Shown piece after piece: positions 20,719-30,367 of a DNA stretch of 64,000 nt. Position numbers and translations under genes: made by a program. How positions within the stretch are numbered: position 1 is the first letter of the stretch; the number at the start of each line of letters is the position of its first letter. The notes under the pieces were generated by a model, which had not been told where the DNA came from, ran no database searches, and saw nothing but the letters and a program-made list of their open reading frames with translations. Source of the stretch: Oligoflexales bacterium (lineage in GTDB: Bacteria; Bdellovibrionota_B; Oligoflexia; Oligoflexales; CAIYRB01); NCBI GenBank assembly GCA_041736175.1, contig JBGSUI010000056.1:32001-96000 (forward strand), given 5' to 3'.

Positions 20719-21081
20719 TCACAGTGGGAGGCCCTTGTTTTTGCCGGCCAGAAAATCTTTGATGATGGCGGTTTGGATTTCGATAAACATGGATATCAAT
20801 TTCCTCAATAAAGGATCGCTGATGCCCTCATCGCCGACACTCCGTCCGACAGCCGTTTTTACCAGCAGATATTGATCAACATGAAGGTAGACATGCTTCG
20901 ATATGGCTCCGACTGCCGACAAACGCTCGGCACGATTGATGGCCGCGACGAACGAGCCCTCCGTTTCATATGCTATTCTGATGGAGTTTCTGGTTTGAGA
21001 CGACGCCCCGCATTTTGGGCCGAATCCTCGTGCTCGGCTTTCTGGACCAGTCAATTCTCGTCCGCAATATGAACACCTCAT
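20719..21081 (-). CDS. DUF6011-like zinc-finger protein
   Basis: N-terminal CSYCGRELTGPESRARGFGPKC matches the DUF6011 pattern CxxCGRxLTxxxSxxxGxGPxC. Confidence 0.75.
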   Translation of the reverse strand: MRCSYCGRELTGPESRARGFGPKCGASSQTRNSIRIAYETEGSFVAAINRAERLSAVGAISKHVYLHVDQYLLVKTAVGRSVGDEGISDPLLRKLISMFIEIQTAIIKDFLAGKNKGLPL

Positions 21082-21389
21082 TCGGCCGCCTTGAATCGAT
21101 ACGGAGCTAATATATGACCGCCGACCTTGCAGATGACGTCGAATTCGTCGTCTGGGTTGGCCTTAAACTGGTGGATGACGTCGAAATAATTTGGCGACCC
21201 TTTGGTTGGTATGTATCGTCTAAAAAGGCGTGGGGTGTCGTCGAATGTTTTGGTTTCCAAACCGCCAGTCGCGTATAGGGAGTCGCCATTTTTAGAAAAG
21301 AAGGTCCTATCGTAGGAGAACACCTTCGTTTCCCAGTCATAAATCGCTAGAATACCTTTGTCTTTTACCACCTCAATAATTTTTTTCAT
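21078..21389 (-). CDS. Hypothetical protein
   Basis: 103-aa ORF with ATGA overlaps to both neighbours and an AAGGA RBS. Confidence 0.65.
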   Translation of the reverse strand: MKKIIEVVKDKGILAIYDWETKVFSYDRTFFSKNGDSLYATGGLETKTFDDTPRLFRRYIPTKGSPNYFDVIHQFKANPDDEFDVICKVGGHILAPYRFKAAE

Positions 21390-21934
21390 TTAAGATCCTT
21401 TTGGTTTAATGTGGCTTTTACATTGATGTCCTCAGAGGTTCTTTTTGGCGTGGCCACCGAGTCCCTGAGAAGCAGATTCTCGGCCAGTATGTCGTAATCT
21501 GGACGCATCCGCTCAGTCATGAGCTTAGGGTCTATGGCCACCACCTTAAGCACGTTCCAAAGCTGGAACGATGGCGTCACTTTCTTTGAGCGGATGCTGG
21601 AGAGCCAGGAGGGGGCCACGCCGAGACGACGTGCCATCTCCTCGAAGGACAGTCCGGATTTTGATTTGATGATATCAAGGAACTGGCTCGCCTGGTCCCT
21701 GACGGAGGCCTCGACTGCCTCGTCCGTCCGCTCCGGGTCTCCAGGTCCACTGGCTGTCTCCCCGCATTCACGGCATGCCCAAAGGACAAGGTCGACAGTT
21801 AGGAGGACGCCGGGGAAGTCCTTCCAAGGGGAATCCCGCCATCCCTTGACGTTTTTACGGGCGTAAGCTTTCGCCCCGCACCCGCCGCATCTTTTGTTTG
21901 AAAGGTCCATGGCAATCTCCGGTCTACGCGACAT
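21386..21934 (-). CDS. Zinc-ribbon plus XRE-HTH protein (MqsA/YgiT-like antitoxin architecture)
   Basis: CGGC...CREC zinc ribbon, then SGLSFEEMARRLGVAPSWLSSI HTH. Confidence 0.75.
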   Translation of the reverse strand: MSRRPEIAMDLSNKRCGGCGAKAYARKNVKGWRDSPWKDFPGVLLTVDLVLWACRECGETASGPGDPERTDEAVEASVRDQASQFLDIIKSKSGLSFEEMARRLGVAPSWLSSIRSKKVTPSFQLWNVLKVVAIDPKLMTERMRPDYDILAENLLLRDSVATPKRTSEDINVKATLNQKDLK

Positions 21935-21954
21935 CTCATCATTTACCTCTAAAG

Positions 21955-21982
21955 GTATCGGCGGGTCAATGAAGAAACTTTA
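21955..21982 (-). promoter_or_regulatory. Sigma28/FliA-like promoter
   Basis: Minus strand TAAAGTTT-N12-GCCGATAC, 20 bp upstream of the ORF start at 21934. Confidence 0.65.
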
Positions 21983-22352
21983 ATTCAATTTGATATATGG
22001 ACTTAACTATTCGTAATTACATAATGTGCTACCATAATTCGAAGGTGGAGAATTAAAACTGTTTGGCCACGACGGCGTCGTAAACGGCCCCCGGTTCACA
22101 GTGGGTGAATGTTAGGGAGTGGATTTGCAAACTGATTATTGGTTGTCGTCAGGCTACTCGATCAGCACGGGCAAGCGCTCTCTATTTTTAACGAGCCACC
22201 TGCGATACATGGATGATACCTTGAACGGTTTACTCCCAGTAAGGAATTGGTTCCCAATTTGAACTGGACGTGCTTCCTCTTGTCTCTGGAGACAAGGCAG
22301 ATCAGGGAAATCACACACCATCGCCGATAGGGCTCTTGGCTGCCTAGAGAGA

Positions 22353-24200
22353 CTAAGCTCCCCCTTGGGGTGCCGGTGCCACTGCCAATGATTTGAGCAC
22401 ATGGCACTGGATGGAAACTTTTTTACCCTTTAGCTTGAGGGTCTCCGAGCGTTCTACCAGGACCTTATCTTTAATCAAGAGGAGGGTGGCATCGCTGACC
22501 AGCACGTGGTCCTTAGGTGCATTGCTTTCCAGCCTTTGGGCGGTGTTGACCGTATCACCGATGACGGTAAAATCCCGCCGAAATGCTTTGCTACCAAGGT
22601 CTCCAAAGATCAACTCCCCGGAATGGACCCCGATCCGGATATGGACTGATTCTTCTTGCTCCTGCTTTTGGCTGTTGATGGCCTTAAGCTTGTCGATCAT
22701 TTCGAGGGCGGCTTTGGCGGCACCGTAGGCGTTGTCCGCCGGAGACTTTCCATAAAAAACCGCCATAATGGCATCGCCGATAAACTTGTCGACGATTCCC
22801 CCGTTGGACTTGATGATGGTCACCATGTCGTCGAAATAGGAGTTAAGGAGGTTGATGATTTCTTCGGGTGTTCGTTTTTCGCTCATTTCCGTAAAGCCAC
22901 AAACATCAGAAAACAGCACCGCCGCATGATCCCGGTAGGAGGTCATCATCTGGGTTGACCCGCTCTTGGCCCGTTCAGCCGCTTGTTTGACGGCGGCGTC
23001 CGACATATAGGAAATCATAGCCTCCCGCTCTCTGCGAACCCGCGCTTCGGCCAGGAGACGTTCTACTAGGGCGAGCATCTTATCAGCGGTGAAGGGCTTG
23101 GTGACAAACTCGGAGACCCCGGCGGCCCGTGCTTTGGTCTTTTCAACTTGTTCGTCCCGTCCCGTTAGCATCACGATAGGAAGGAGCTTAAAGGCATCCT
23201 GCTGGCGAAGCTTTCGGGTGAGTTCTCGCCCATTCATTCCCGGCATCTCAAAGTCGGTAATCACCAGTGCTGGGCTCAGAGACTGGGCGAGTTTGAGCCC
23301 CTCATCACCTTTCGTAGCTGTCGACACTCGGAAACCTTGATTCTCCAAGGCATTGACGACGATGCTAAGCATGACTTTGCTATCATCCACCACCAGAAGA
23401 TGCTCCCGCTGTTTTTTCATCTCGTTGTAAAGAAAACCCCTGAGCTTGTTGATCATCTCATCCGCATCCACGGGTTTCACCATATAGTCGTCCGCACCTG
23501 CATCAAAGCCTTTGTCGATCTCAAAGCTCTGGCTGAGGGTTGAGGAAATAATCACGGGCAGTCGGGAATAATCCTTATGGTTTTTGACCCAAGAACAGAC
23601 TTCATAACCAGACATCTCCGGCATCTCAATATCGGTGATCACAAGATCAGGACTGACCTTTGGAATCATCTCTAAAGCCTGTTTGCCGTTGTAGGCATGA
23701 AACAGTTCGTAGTTTTCATGGGTGAGGATGCCAGCAATCATTTGATGGATCACCCGGGAGTCGTCGACGAGCAGGACCTTTTTGCGTCGGCTGATGCTAG
23801 CTTCCAAGAGGTTACTTAACTGCTCCACTTCAAAGGGGAAGGCAATAAAGCTGTCCGCGCCCGCTTTTTTTGATGCCGCTTCCGCCTCCTGGGAGGTGGA
23901 GAGGGCGACGATGTAAACAGTGCTGGTTTCGTTATGGTGTCGGAGTTTCTGGATCACTTCGGAAATCTCGGCGCGCTCGGTACCGTGGGATTCCATGCCG
24001 TACTGGATAATCAACAGATGGGGATGTTTAGTCCTCACACAATTTATAATCTCTGAGGGTTTGTCGATTTGGATGGGGGTAATCCCTAACTTAAGAAAAG
24101 ATTGCCCGACCATGGTCCGGATCAGCTTAGAAGTCGCCACAACACAAACTGAAAGGGTGGACAGCTCCATTTTTTGCAAGGTTTCCGAAGATAATTTCAA
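22353..24200 (-). CDS. Class III adenylate cyclase with three N-terminal receiver domains (first one degenerate)
   Basis: REC2 LVDDS..DIEMPEMSG..KP; REC3 VVDDS..DFEMPGMNG..KP; cyclase FSDVCGFT, DKFIGDA, FTVIGDTVNTAQRLE (Lys/Thr pair indicates ATP specificity). The TTG start is uncertain. Confidence 0.9.
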   Translation of the reverse strand: MKLSSETLQKMELSTLSVCVVATSKLIRTMVGQSFLKLGITPIQIDKPSEIINCVRTKHPHLLIIQYGMESHGTERAEISEVIQKLRHHNETSTVYIVALSTSQEAEAASKKAGADSFIAFPFEVEQLSNLLEASISRRKKVLLVDDSRVIHQMIAGILTHENYELFHAYNGKQALEMIPKVSPDLVITDIEMPEMSGYEVCSWVKNHKDYSRLPVIISSTLSQSFEIDKGFDAGADDYMVKPVDADEMINKLRGFLYNEMKKQREHLLVVDDSKVMLSIVVNALENQGFRVSTATKGDEGLKLAQSLSPALVITDFEMPGMNGRELTRKLRQQDAFKLLPIVMLTGRDEQVEKTKARAAGVSEFVTKPFTADKMLALVERLLAEARVRREREAMISYMSDAAVKQAAERAKSGSTQMMTSYRDHAAVLFSDVCGFTEMSEKRTPEEIINLLNSYFDDMVTIIKSNGGIVDKFIGDAIMAVFYGKSPADNAYGAAKAALEMIDKLKAINSQKQEQEESVHIRIGVHSGELIFGDLGSKAFRRDFTVIGDTVNTAQRLESNAPKDHVLVSDATLLLIKDKVLVERSETLKLKGKKVSIQCHVLKSLAVAPAPQGGA

Positions 24201-24242
24201 CGAGAGCCTTTCTTATAAACGATCCCAGCTTCTCGCTTGTTG

Positions 24243-24269
24243 TCTTCGGATTCATGCTGACAAACTTGA
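24243..24269 (-). promoter_or_regulatory. Sigma28-like promoter for the cyclase gene
   Basis: Minus strand TCAAGTTT-N11-TCCGAAGA. Confidence 0.45.
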
Positions 24270-24451
24270 ATCAAATAATTGTCGCAGAATCACCACAGAA
24301 TCTGCAAATAAATGACACATAAAATATTTAAAATCCTGATTTCAAATGTTTATGTTTAATCCTTATGGGTCAACCAAAATAAACTAAATCTCCTGACCTA
24401 AATTCCGAAACAAAGCCGATGTTTCGCTGTCCCCATGGAGAGGCTCGATTA

Positions 24452-26098
24452 ATGGACGATCTCGACAATCTCAGACAACTCTTTTTAGAAGAAGCTTCTG
24501 ACCTGCTAGAAGGCACCGAACGCTCGTTTCTCGAACTCGAATCCCAGCCTAACGATCCCACGACGATCGACCAAATATTTCGACTGGCCCATAGTCTGAA
24601 GGGCAGCGGTAAAGCTGTGGGATATAAAGATATCGCTGCATTGACCCATTCCTTCGAATCTTTGCTGGTTAAGATAAAAAAGCACGAAGTCCCGGTCGAC
24701 CGCCCCATGATCGACCTGCTTTTAAAGTGTAATGACACCTTAAAGCAGTGGATAGGCCTTTTAAAAAGAGATGAGCATGCCTCCTTTTCCTATCAGGACT
24801 TAGTAGTAGAACTCGATGAAGCCTGTGCCGGAAGGAAATACGAGCCGGCGATCGTCCCGTCTCCAGAGTTCCAGTCACTTGATGCCCCCCCTCTTGATGC
24901 CCCCCCTCAAACTGCTAAGCCAAAACAGCCGGAGGCCCCCTCTGACGACTCCATCCGCGTCAAGCTTAACAAGATAGACGATCTGGTCAACGAAGTGGGC
25001 GAGCTTGTGATACTGCAGACGGTCCTTAAACAACAAAAGCTTTTAATTCAATCATCACTGATCCAAAAGACTATTGATCAACTCAGCAAGATTACCCGTA
25101 GAATCCAAGATAATTCCCTACGACTACGGATGATCCCCCTTAAAACGATCTTCCAAAAAATGCAGCGCGTGGCTCGGGATACCTCTAAGTCCCTTGGCAA
25201 GGAGGTCAATGTCCATTTAAGTGGCGAAGATTTCGAACTCGACAAGACCATGGTCGATAAACTTTCTGATCCATTAGTCCACCTTATCAGAAATGCGGTC
25301 GACCACGGGCTTGAGGCGTCGGACCAGCGGACTGCCCTAGGTAAAACCCTCCAATCCAATGTTTGGCTCAGGGCCCAGCACCAAGGTGGAAAGCTGCTTA
25401 TTGAAGTACGCGATGATGGAAAGGGTATTGATCCAGTGGCGATTCGCAAAAAAGCAGAGGAAAAAGGCCTGGTGCGACCCGAAGACGTCTTGTCCGAGGA
25501 GGCGACTATTAAGCTTATTTTTGAGCCTGGGTTTTCTACCAAAGCGGAAATTTCTGAATTTTCTGGGCGAGGGGTCGGCCTCGATGTGGTGAGGACCAAT
25601 ATTGCAGATATGAAGGGGGAGCTGCAGATTGAAAGCGAGATCGGAAAAGGCACATCGTTTCGTATTTACCTGCCCCTGACCCTGGCCATCATCGAGGGTA
25701 TCGTTATCAAGCTCAACGATGACGAAAAGTATGTGATCCCCATGTTTCAGGTCAAAGAAATAGTGGAGTTAACAGCAGAGCAAGTCCATACCATGGGCCA
25801 GAAAAACAATGTTTTTGTGTTACACGGCAGGACCGTGCCCATCTACAATCTCGGCACAATCTTAAAGCGTCCTTATAAAACCGCCCCAAAGCGAACGGTG
25901 GCCATTGTGGTCGAAGTGTCTCAGAAACAACACGCCTTTCTTGTGGAAGAAGTGATGAACCAGCAGCAGGTGGTGATTAAAAAACTTGGCCCCGACATCG
26001 CAAAGATCATGGGAATTACTGGAAGCGCTATTTTAGGCGATGGTAAGGCGGCTCCAATTCTGGATCTAGACGAAATCGTTATAGGGAGGGTCCAATGA
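24452..26098 (+). CDS. cheA: Chemotaxis histidine kinase CheA (short, apparently without P2)
   Basis: HPt IFRLAHSLKG, dimerisation LVNEVGELV, DPLVHLIRNAVDHG, DDGKG, SGRGVGLDVV, C-terminal CheW domain; GGAGAGG RBS before ATG 24452. Confidence 0.96.
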   Translation: MDDLDNLRQLFLEEASDLLEGTERSFLELESQPNDPTTIDQIFRLAHSLKGSGKAVGYKDIAALTHSFESLLVKIKKHEVPVDRPMIDLLLKCNDTLKQWIGLLKRDEHASFSYQDLVVELDEACAGRKYEPAIVPSPEFQSLDAPPLDAPPQTAKPKQPEAPSDDSIRVKLNKIDDLVNEVGELVILQTVLKQQKLLIQSSLIQKTIDQLSKITRRIQDNSLRLRMIPLKTIFQKMQRVARDTSKSLGKEVNVHLSGEDFELDKTMVDKLSDPLVHLIRNAVDHGLEASDQRTALGKTLQSNVWLRAQHQGGKLLIEVRDDGKGIDPVAIRKKAEEKGLVRPEDVLSEEATIKLIFEPGFSTKAEISEFSGRGVGLDVVRTNIADMKGELQIESEIGKGTSFRIYLPLTLAIIEGIVIKLNDDEKYVIPMFQVKEIVELTAEQVHTMGQKNNVFVLHGRTVPIYNLGTILKRPYKTAPKRTVAIVVEVSQKQHAFLVEEVMNQQQVVIKKLGPDIAKIMGITGSAILGDGKAAPILDLDEIVIGRVQ

Positions 26099-26601
26099 AA
26101 GAAGAACAACTTCCGGACAAAGACGTTAAAAATGGCGCAGAAAGACATCTGATTTTTTCCCTAGGGCCCGAAGAGTATGCGGTTCCGATTTTAAAGGTCA
26201 AAGAGGTGATCGAGATCCTTGATATCTCGCCCATTCCCCATACCCCTAAATACTATCTGGGGATTATGAATTTACGGGGCATGGTCATTTCTATCATCGA
26301 TCTCCGCCTAAAAATCAAAGGAGTTTCTCAGGAGATCACCAAGAAAAGCGCGGTGATCATCCTCGACTTTGGGGTTTTTTGCTTCGGGATCGCGGTGAGT
26401 TCTGTAAACCGGGTGATTCCCATCCAACACGAAGAGATCAAAGAGAGGCCCGCCATGGAAAGTATCGAGAGCCTGCAGTATATCCAGGGCGTTGTGTATC
26501 GAGATAAAAAGCTTATTCTCATACTCGATGTTTCCAAAGCCCTAAATCTTGATGATTTGGATACTATTAAAAACCCTGAGCAAAAAATCAAAATAGCATA
26601 G
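26095..26601 (+). CDS. cheW: Chemotaxis adaptor CheW
   Basis: EEYAVPILKVKEVI, GIMNLRGMVISIIDL; ATGA overlap with cheA. Confidence 0.95.
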   Translation: MKEEQLPDKDVKNGAERHLIFSLGPEEYAVPILKVKEVIEILDISPIPHTPKYYLGIMNLRGMVISIIDLRLKIKGVSQEITKKSAVIILDFGVFCFGIAVSSVNRVIPIQHEEIKERPAMESIESLQYIQGVVYRDKKLILILDVSKALNLDDLDTIKNPEQKIKIA

Positions 26602-26616
26602 GAGGATTATTTTTTT

Positions 26617-28284
26617 ATGTTTAACCAATTTGGTCTCCGATTCAAACTCATGTCAGGATTCTCTCTGATCGCGGCGATCTTGTTATGTGTGAGCTTCGTG
26701 TCCTACACCCGACTCAAAGAAACGGTCTCCGCCTACGATCATGTGGTGTCCGTAAACTTTCCAGATTATGTCTCCCTCTCCCAAATCGTGGATAATGGAA
26801 GGCGGCTTAATATTATGATTGCTCGGGTCACAGGTTCAAGTCTCTCCCCACTGGAGCACAAAAGTCTCACGGAAGAACTACAGTCCATCATTGTGGCGAT
26901 TGACAAGGCAAAAAAGGAATATCTATCTGTAACTTTTGCCAAAGGCGAAGAGGAAATGTGGAATCTGATGGACCAACGCCTTAAGGCTTGTATCGAGCAT
27001 ACCAAAAAGACTTTAGATCTTTCGAGATTTACAAAGCCAGAAGATCTTAAGCGCAGAGATGCCGTGGCCGCGGCATATGAACCTTTGCGCAAAGCTTATC
27101 GGGAGGCTATGGAAAAATTAATGGTTTTTCAAGGTAAAGAAACCGAAAAATGGTCGAAGATGGCAGATAAAGGCGCAGAAAATGGCGAAAAAATGATCTT
27201 GATCATGGCTTTCTTAGGTTGCGCGACGGCCTTAGTGATCGGAGTTCTTTTCTCAACGTCCATCTCCAAGGCGATGACGATGATATCTCAGCAACTCTCC
27301 CAAGGAGCCGCCGAAGTCGCCTCAGCTTCGTCCCAGATTTCCTCCACCGCCGAACAGCTGTCGTCCAGCAGCATTGAGCAGGCCTCCGCGATCCAAGAGA
27401 CCGCATCCTCCATGGAAGAGATGAGCAGCATGGTCGGCAAAAATGCCGAAAACGCAAAACGCTCGGCCACCACGGCCCGGGACGGAATGGAGGCTGCTGA
27501 GACCGGCAAAAACGTCGTGACTGAAATGTTAACAGCTATGACTGAGATCGATTCTGCCACCAAGGAAATCGGCGAGGTGGTCAAGTTAATCAGTCAAATC
27601 GAGAGCAAAACAAAAGTGATTGACGATATCGTCTTTAAGACCCAGCTGCTGTCCTTTAATGCGTCGGTCGAAGCTGCCCGTGCTGGTGAACATGGCAAGG
27701 GTTTTGCGGTGGTGGCCGAAGAAGTGGGAAATCTGGCGCAGATGAGTGGAAATGCAGCTAAGGAGATCAGTGATATGCTCAGCCAAAGCCTGGACCGTGT
27801 GGACCGGTTGATCACGTCGTCTAAACAAAAAGTTGAGGTAGGTTTACAAGTGGGAAAAAGGTGCGGTGATGTCCTAGAAGACTTGGTGACCAAGGTTTCC
27901 CAGATCAACGATATGGCAGGCGAGATTGCAGGGGCATCAGAAGAACAGGCACGGGGGGTGACGGAGATCAATAAAGCCATGAACCAGATGGACCAGATGA
28001 CCCAACAAAACGCCTCTGCAGCCCAGCAGTCAGCATCGTCTTCCGGGGAGCTTGCCCAACAGGCGGAGGCCATGCGTGCCTCAGTCGGCGATCTATTACG
28101 ACTTCTCCATGGAGCTCATGGGCCCACGAGCCTTGTGGTTCAGAGTGGTCCGGTGATTTCTTCCATGCCGACATCGCTTAAATCCAAGCCAGCGGCGCCC
28201 TTAAGAGCGGTAGCAAGGTCTAAGCCTAAGGCTGTGCCAAAGGTGCCTAGTGCCTCCGATCCTGGCTTTGACGAAGCAGCGTAG
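26617..28284 (+). CDS. Methyl-accepting chemotaxis protein (two TMs, four-helix-bundle-like sensor, short signalling domain)
   Basis: Hairpin tip KTQLLSFNASVEAARAGEHGKGFAVVAEEV; no obvious HAMP after TM2. Confidence 0.95.
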   Translation: MFNQFGLRFKLMSGFSLIAAILLCVSFVSYTRLKETVSAYDHVVSVNFPDYVSLSQIVDNGRRLNIMIARVTGSSLSPLEHKSLTEELQSIIVAIDKAKKEYLSVTFAKGEEEMWNLMDQRLKACIEHTKKTLDLSRFTKPEDLKRRDAVAAAYEPLRKAYREAMEKLMVFQGKETEKWSKMADKGAENGEKMILIMAFLGCATALVIGVLFSTSISKAMTMISQQLSQGAAEVASASSQISSTAEQLSSSSIEQASAIQETASSMEEMSSMVGKNAENAKRSATTARDGMEAAETGKNVVTEMLTAMTEIDSATKEIGEVVKLISQIESKTKVIDDIVFKTQLLSFNASVEAARAGEHGKGFAVVAEEVGNLAQMSGNAAKEISDMLSQSLDRVDRLITSSKQKVEVGLQVGKRCGDVLEDLVTKVSQINDMAGEIAGASEEQARGVTEINKAMNQMDQMTQQNASAAQQSASSSGELAQQAEAMRASVGDLLRLLHGAHGPTSLVVQSGPVISSMPTSLKSKPAAPLRAVARSKPKAVPKVPSASDPGFDEAA

Positions 28285-30282
28285 ATGTTTGTCGCTAAAA
28301 ATATGCTTAAGTTGGGTGATGCTGAATTTAATTTCTTTCGAGAAAAAATTCTCGAAATCTCTGCGATCTACCTAGCTGAAAACAAAAAAGACTTGGTGCG
28401 GTCGCGGCTCCTTCCCAGACTAGACGCCTATGGTCTGGGTAGTTTTGGCCAGTACCAAAATCTACTCTTGCAGCTTCCCCCCGAACATGGCGAATGGCAG
28501 GAGTTTATCAACCAGATCACCACCAACAAAACGGAGTTTTTTAGGGAACGAAGTCATTTTAATATCCTCACTCAGCAATTCCTACCTGCATGGGTCAAGA
28601 GAAACCCTCAAAAGAGTGCGAAGCTGCGTGTCTGGTCAGCAGCTTGTTCCACCGGTGAGGAGCCCTATAGCCTGGCGATGGTCCTTTTTGGTTTTTTTAA
28701 AGACTACGGACGATTTGAGATCCTAGCATCAGATATCGATACCGAGGTGCTAGCCCATGCCGAAAACGGTGTTTATCCCCTTAACAAACTCCAAGAAATT
28801 CCCGTAGAGTATCACTATTTGTCCCTAAAAAGGGGTCGAGGGCAGGTGGCAGATTGGTTTAAAATCCAGGACAGCCTTAAGAAAACCATCCAATTTAAGC
28901 GGATCAATCTAGCCCTCGAGACTATGAAGGGCCAGCCGCTTTTTGACGTGATCTTTTGCCGCAATGTATTTTTGTACTTCCAACAAACAAATATCGAAAA
29001 GGTATGCTCTCTCTTTAGCAGGCAGCTCCATAAGGACGGAATCTTAGTCCTGGGACACTCTGAGTCTTTGGGGACTCAAAATCTTTTGTGGCGCTCGACG
29101 GGGCATTCCGTTTACCAAAAGCTCGAACCGACCACTTCCCAGCAAGTCAAACCAGAAACCACAAAACGGGTTTTACCAGCTAAAGTGAATATTCCCCTTA
29201 AGCTTGTTCCCCAGCGCAAAAAAGTCCTTATCATCGATGACTCCGCGACGATGCGTAAAATGCTGAGCGGTGTTTTAGAGCGTAGTGACTCCCTGCGTGT
29301 GGTCGGCACCGTGGGCGATCCCCGGGAAACAGAGGCGGCGATCAAGGAACTAAACCCGGATGTGATCACTCTGGATCTTAAGATGCCCCATCTCAATGGA
29401 TGCGAGGTCCTGGAAAAGGTCTTATCAAGATATGCGATCCCTACGCTGATCATCAGTGCTGTCACCATCGAAGAGGGACCTGAAGTGATGCGGGCCCTTG
29501 AGTTGGGGGCCGTGGACTATATGGAAAAACCAACCTTCGAATCCCTCAAAGATAACGATGCTGGATTGATCGACCGCGTGCTCCAAGCTGCCTCGACCAA
29601 AGTCCGCAGTGGTCCCAAAAGAAAACTTTTACTCAAGACCACAGCCGCCCCTAAAAAGCTGGGAGCCTATCATAATCAAAAACCACTGATCCTGATCGGT
29701 GCTTCTACGGGGGGGATTCAGGCGATTACCGAAATATTGACCCAGCTCCCAGCATCCATACCGCCTATCCTGATTGTCCAGCATATTCCAGCGGTCTTTT
29801 CCAACGCTTTTGCTGCAAGGATGAATCAAATCTGTCCCTTTCATGTCAAGGAGGCCCAACAGGACGATCCGGTCCTGCAGGATCAGGTCCTAATCGCTCC
29901 GGGCAGTAAACATATGAAGATTCAATCGGATGGAATCAAAGGACTCAAAGTCATCCTTACAGATGAGCCGCCGGTCAACCGCCATCGACCCTCGGTGGAT
30001 GTGCTTTTTGATTCTGGAGTGGCTGCGGGACTAGGTCCAAACATCGTAGCGATTATTTTGACGGGGATGGGAAACGACGGCGCTGCGGGACTGAGACGAC
30101 TCAAGCTCCAAGGGGCACAAACCATCGCCCAGGACGAAGCTTCCAGCGCCGTGTTTGGGATGCCACGGGAGGCCATCCGGCTTAACGCTGCGGATGTTGT
30201 CTGTCCTCTGGATAAAATTGCTAAACAAATCGAAAAAATGCTTTTAGACCAGGGAAAGAAAGATTATCTGATTAAAAAATGA
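28285..30282 (+). CDS. CheR methyltransferase fused to a complete CheB (REC plus methylesterase)
   Basis: CheR TTNKTEFFRE, WSAACSTGEEPYS, FDVIFCRNV, LGHSESL; REC IIDDS..DLKMP..EKP; CheB GASTGG, VQH, HRPSVDVLF, LTGMGNDG, VFGMP. Confidence 0.93.
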   Translation: MFVAKNMLKLGDAEFNFFREKILEISAIYLAENKKDLVRSRLLPRLDAYGLGSFGQYQNLLLQLPPEHGEWQEFINQITTNKTEFFRERSHFNILTQQFLPAWVKRNPQKSAKLRVWSAACSTGEEPYSLAMVLFGFFKDYGRFEILASDIDTEVLAHAENGVYPLNKLQEIPVEYHYLSLKRGRGQVADWFKIQDSLKKTIQFKRINLALETMKGQPLFDVIFCRNVFLYFQQTNIEKVCSLFSRQLHKDGILVLGHSESLGTQNLLWRSTGHSVYQKLEPTTSQQVKPETTKRVLPAKVNIPLKLVPQRKKVLIIDDSATMRKMLSGVLERSDSLRVVGTVGDPRETEAAIKELNPDVITLDLKMPHLNGCEVLEKVLSRYAIPTLIISAVTIEEGPEVMRALELGAVDYMEKPTFESLKDNDAGLIDRVLQAASTKVRSGPKRKLLLKTTAAPKKLGAYHNQKPLILIGASTGGIQAITEILTQLPASIPPILIVQHIPAVFSNAFAARMNQICPFHVKEAQQDDPVLQDQVLIAPGSKHMKIQSDGIKGLKVILTDEPPVNRHRPSVDVLFDSGVAAGLGPNIVAIILTGMGNDGAAGLRRLKLQGAQTIAQDEASSAVFGMPREAIRLNAADVVCPLDKIAKQIEKMLLDQGKKDYLIKK

Positions 30283-30367
30283 GTACACTTGAGAGTGCTT
30301 CCTTTGCAGCGCCTACGTACCTGTCGGGATGACTCCGAAGCAGCTGGACGGAGGGAGGGTGTCGAGG

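Larger units (their letters stand above)
20713..22105. mobile_element. Small three-gene cassette bounded by 16-bp near-perfect direct repeats
   Basis: CCCTGTTCACAGTGGG (20713-20728) and CCCGGTTCACAGTGGG (22090-22105); no recombinase gene inside. Confidence 0.55.

Noticed and set aside
24878..24907. 15-bp tandem duplication CTTGATGCCCCCCCT in cheA (LDAPP x2)
   Set aside because: In-frame duplication in a flexible linker; ordinary linker variation.
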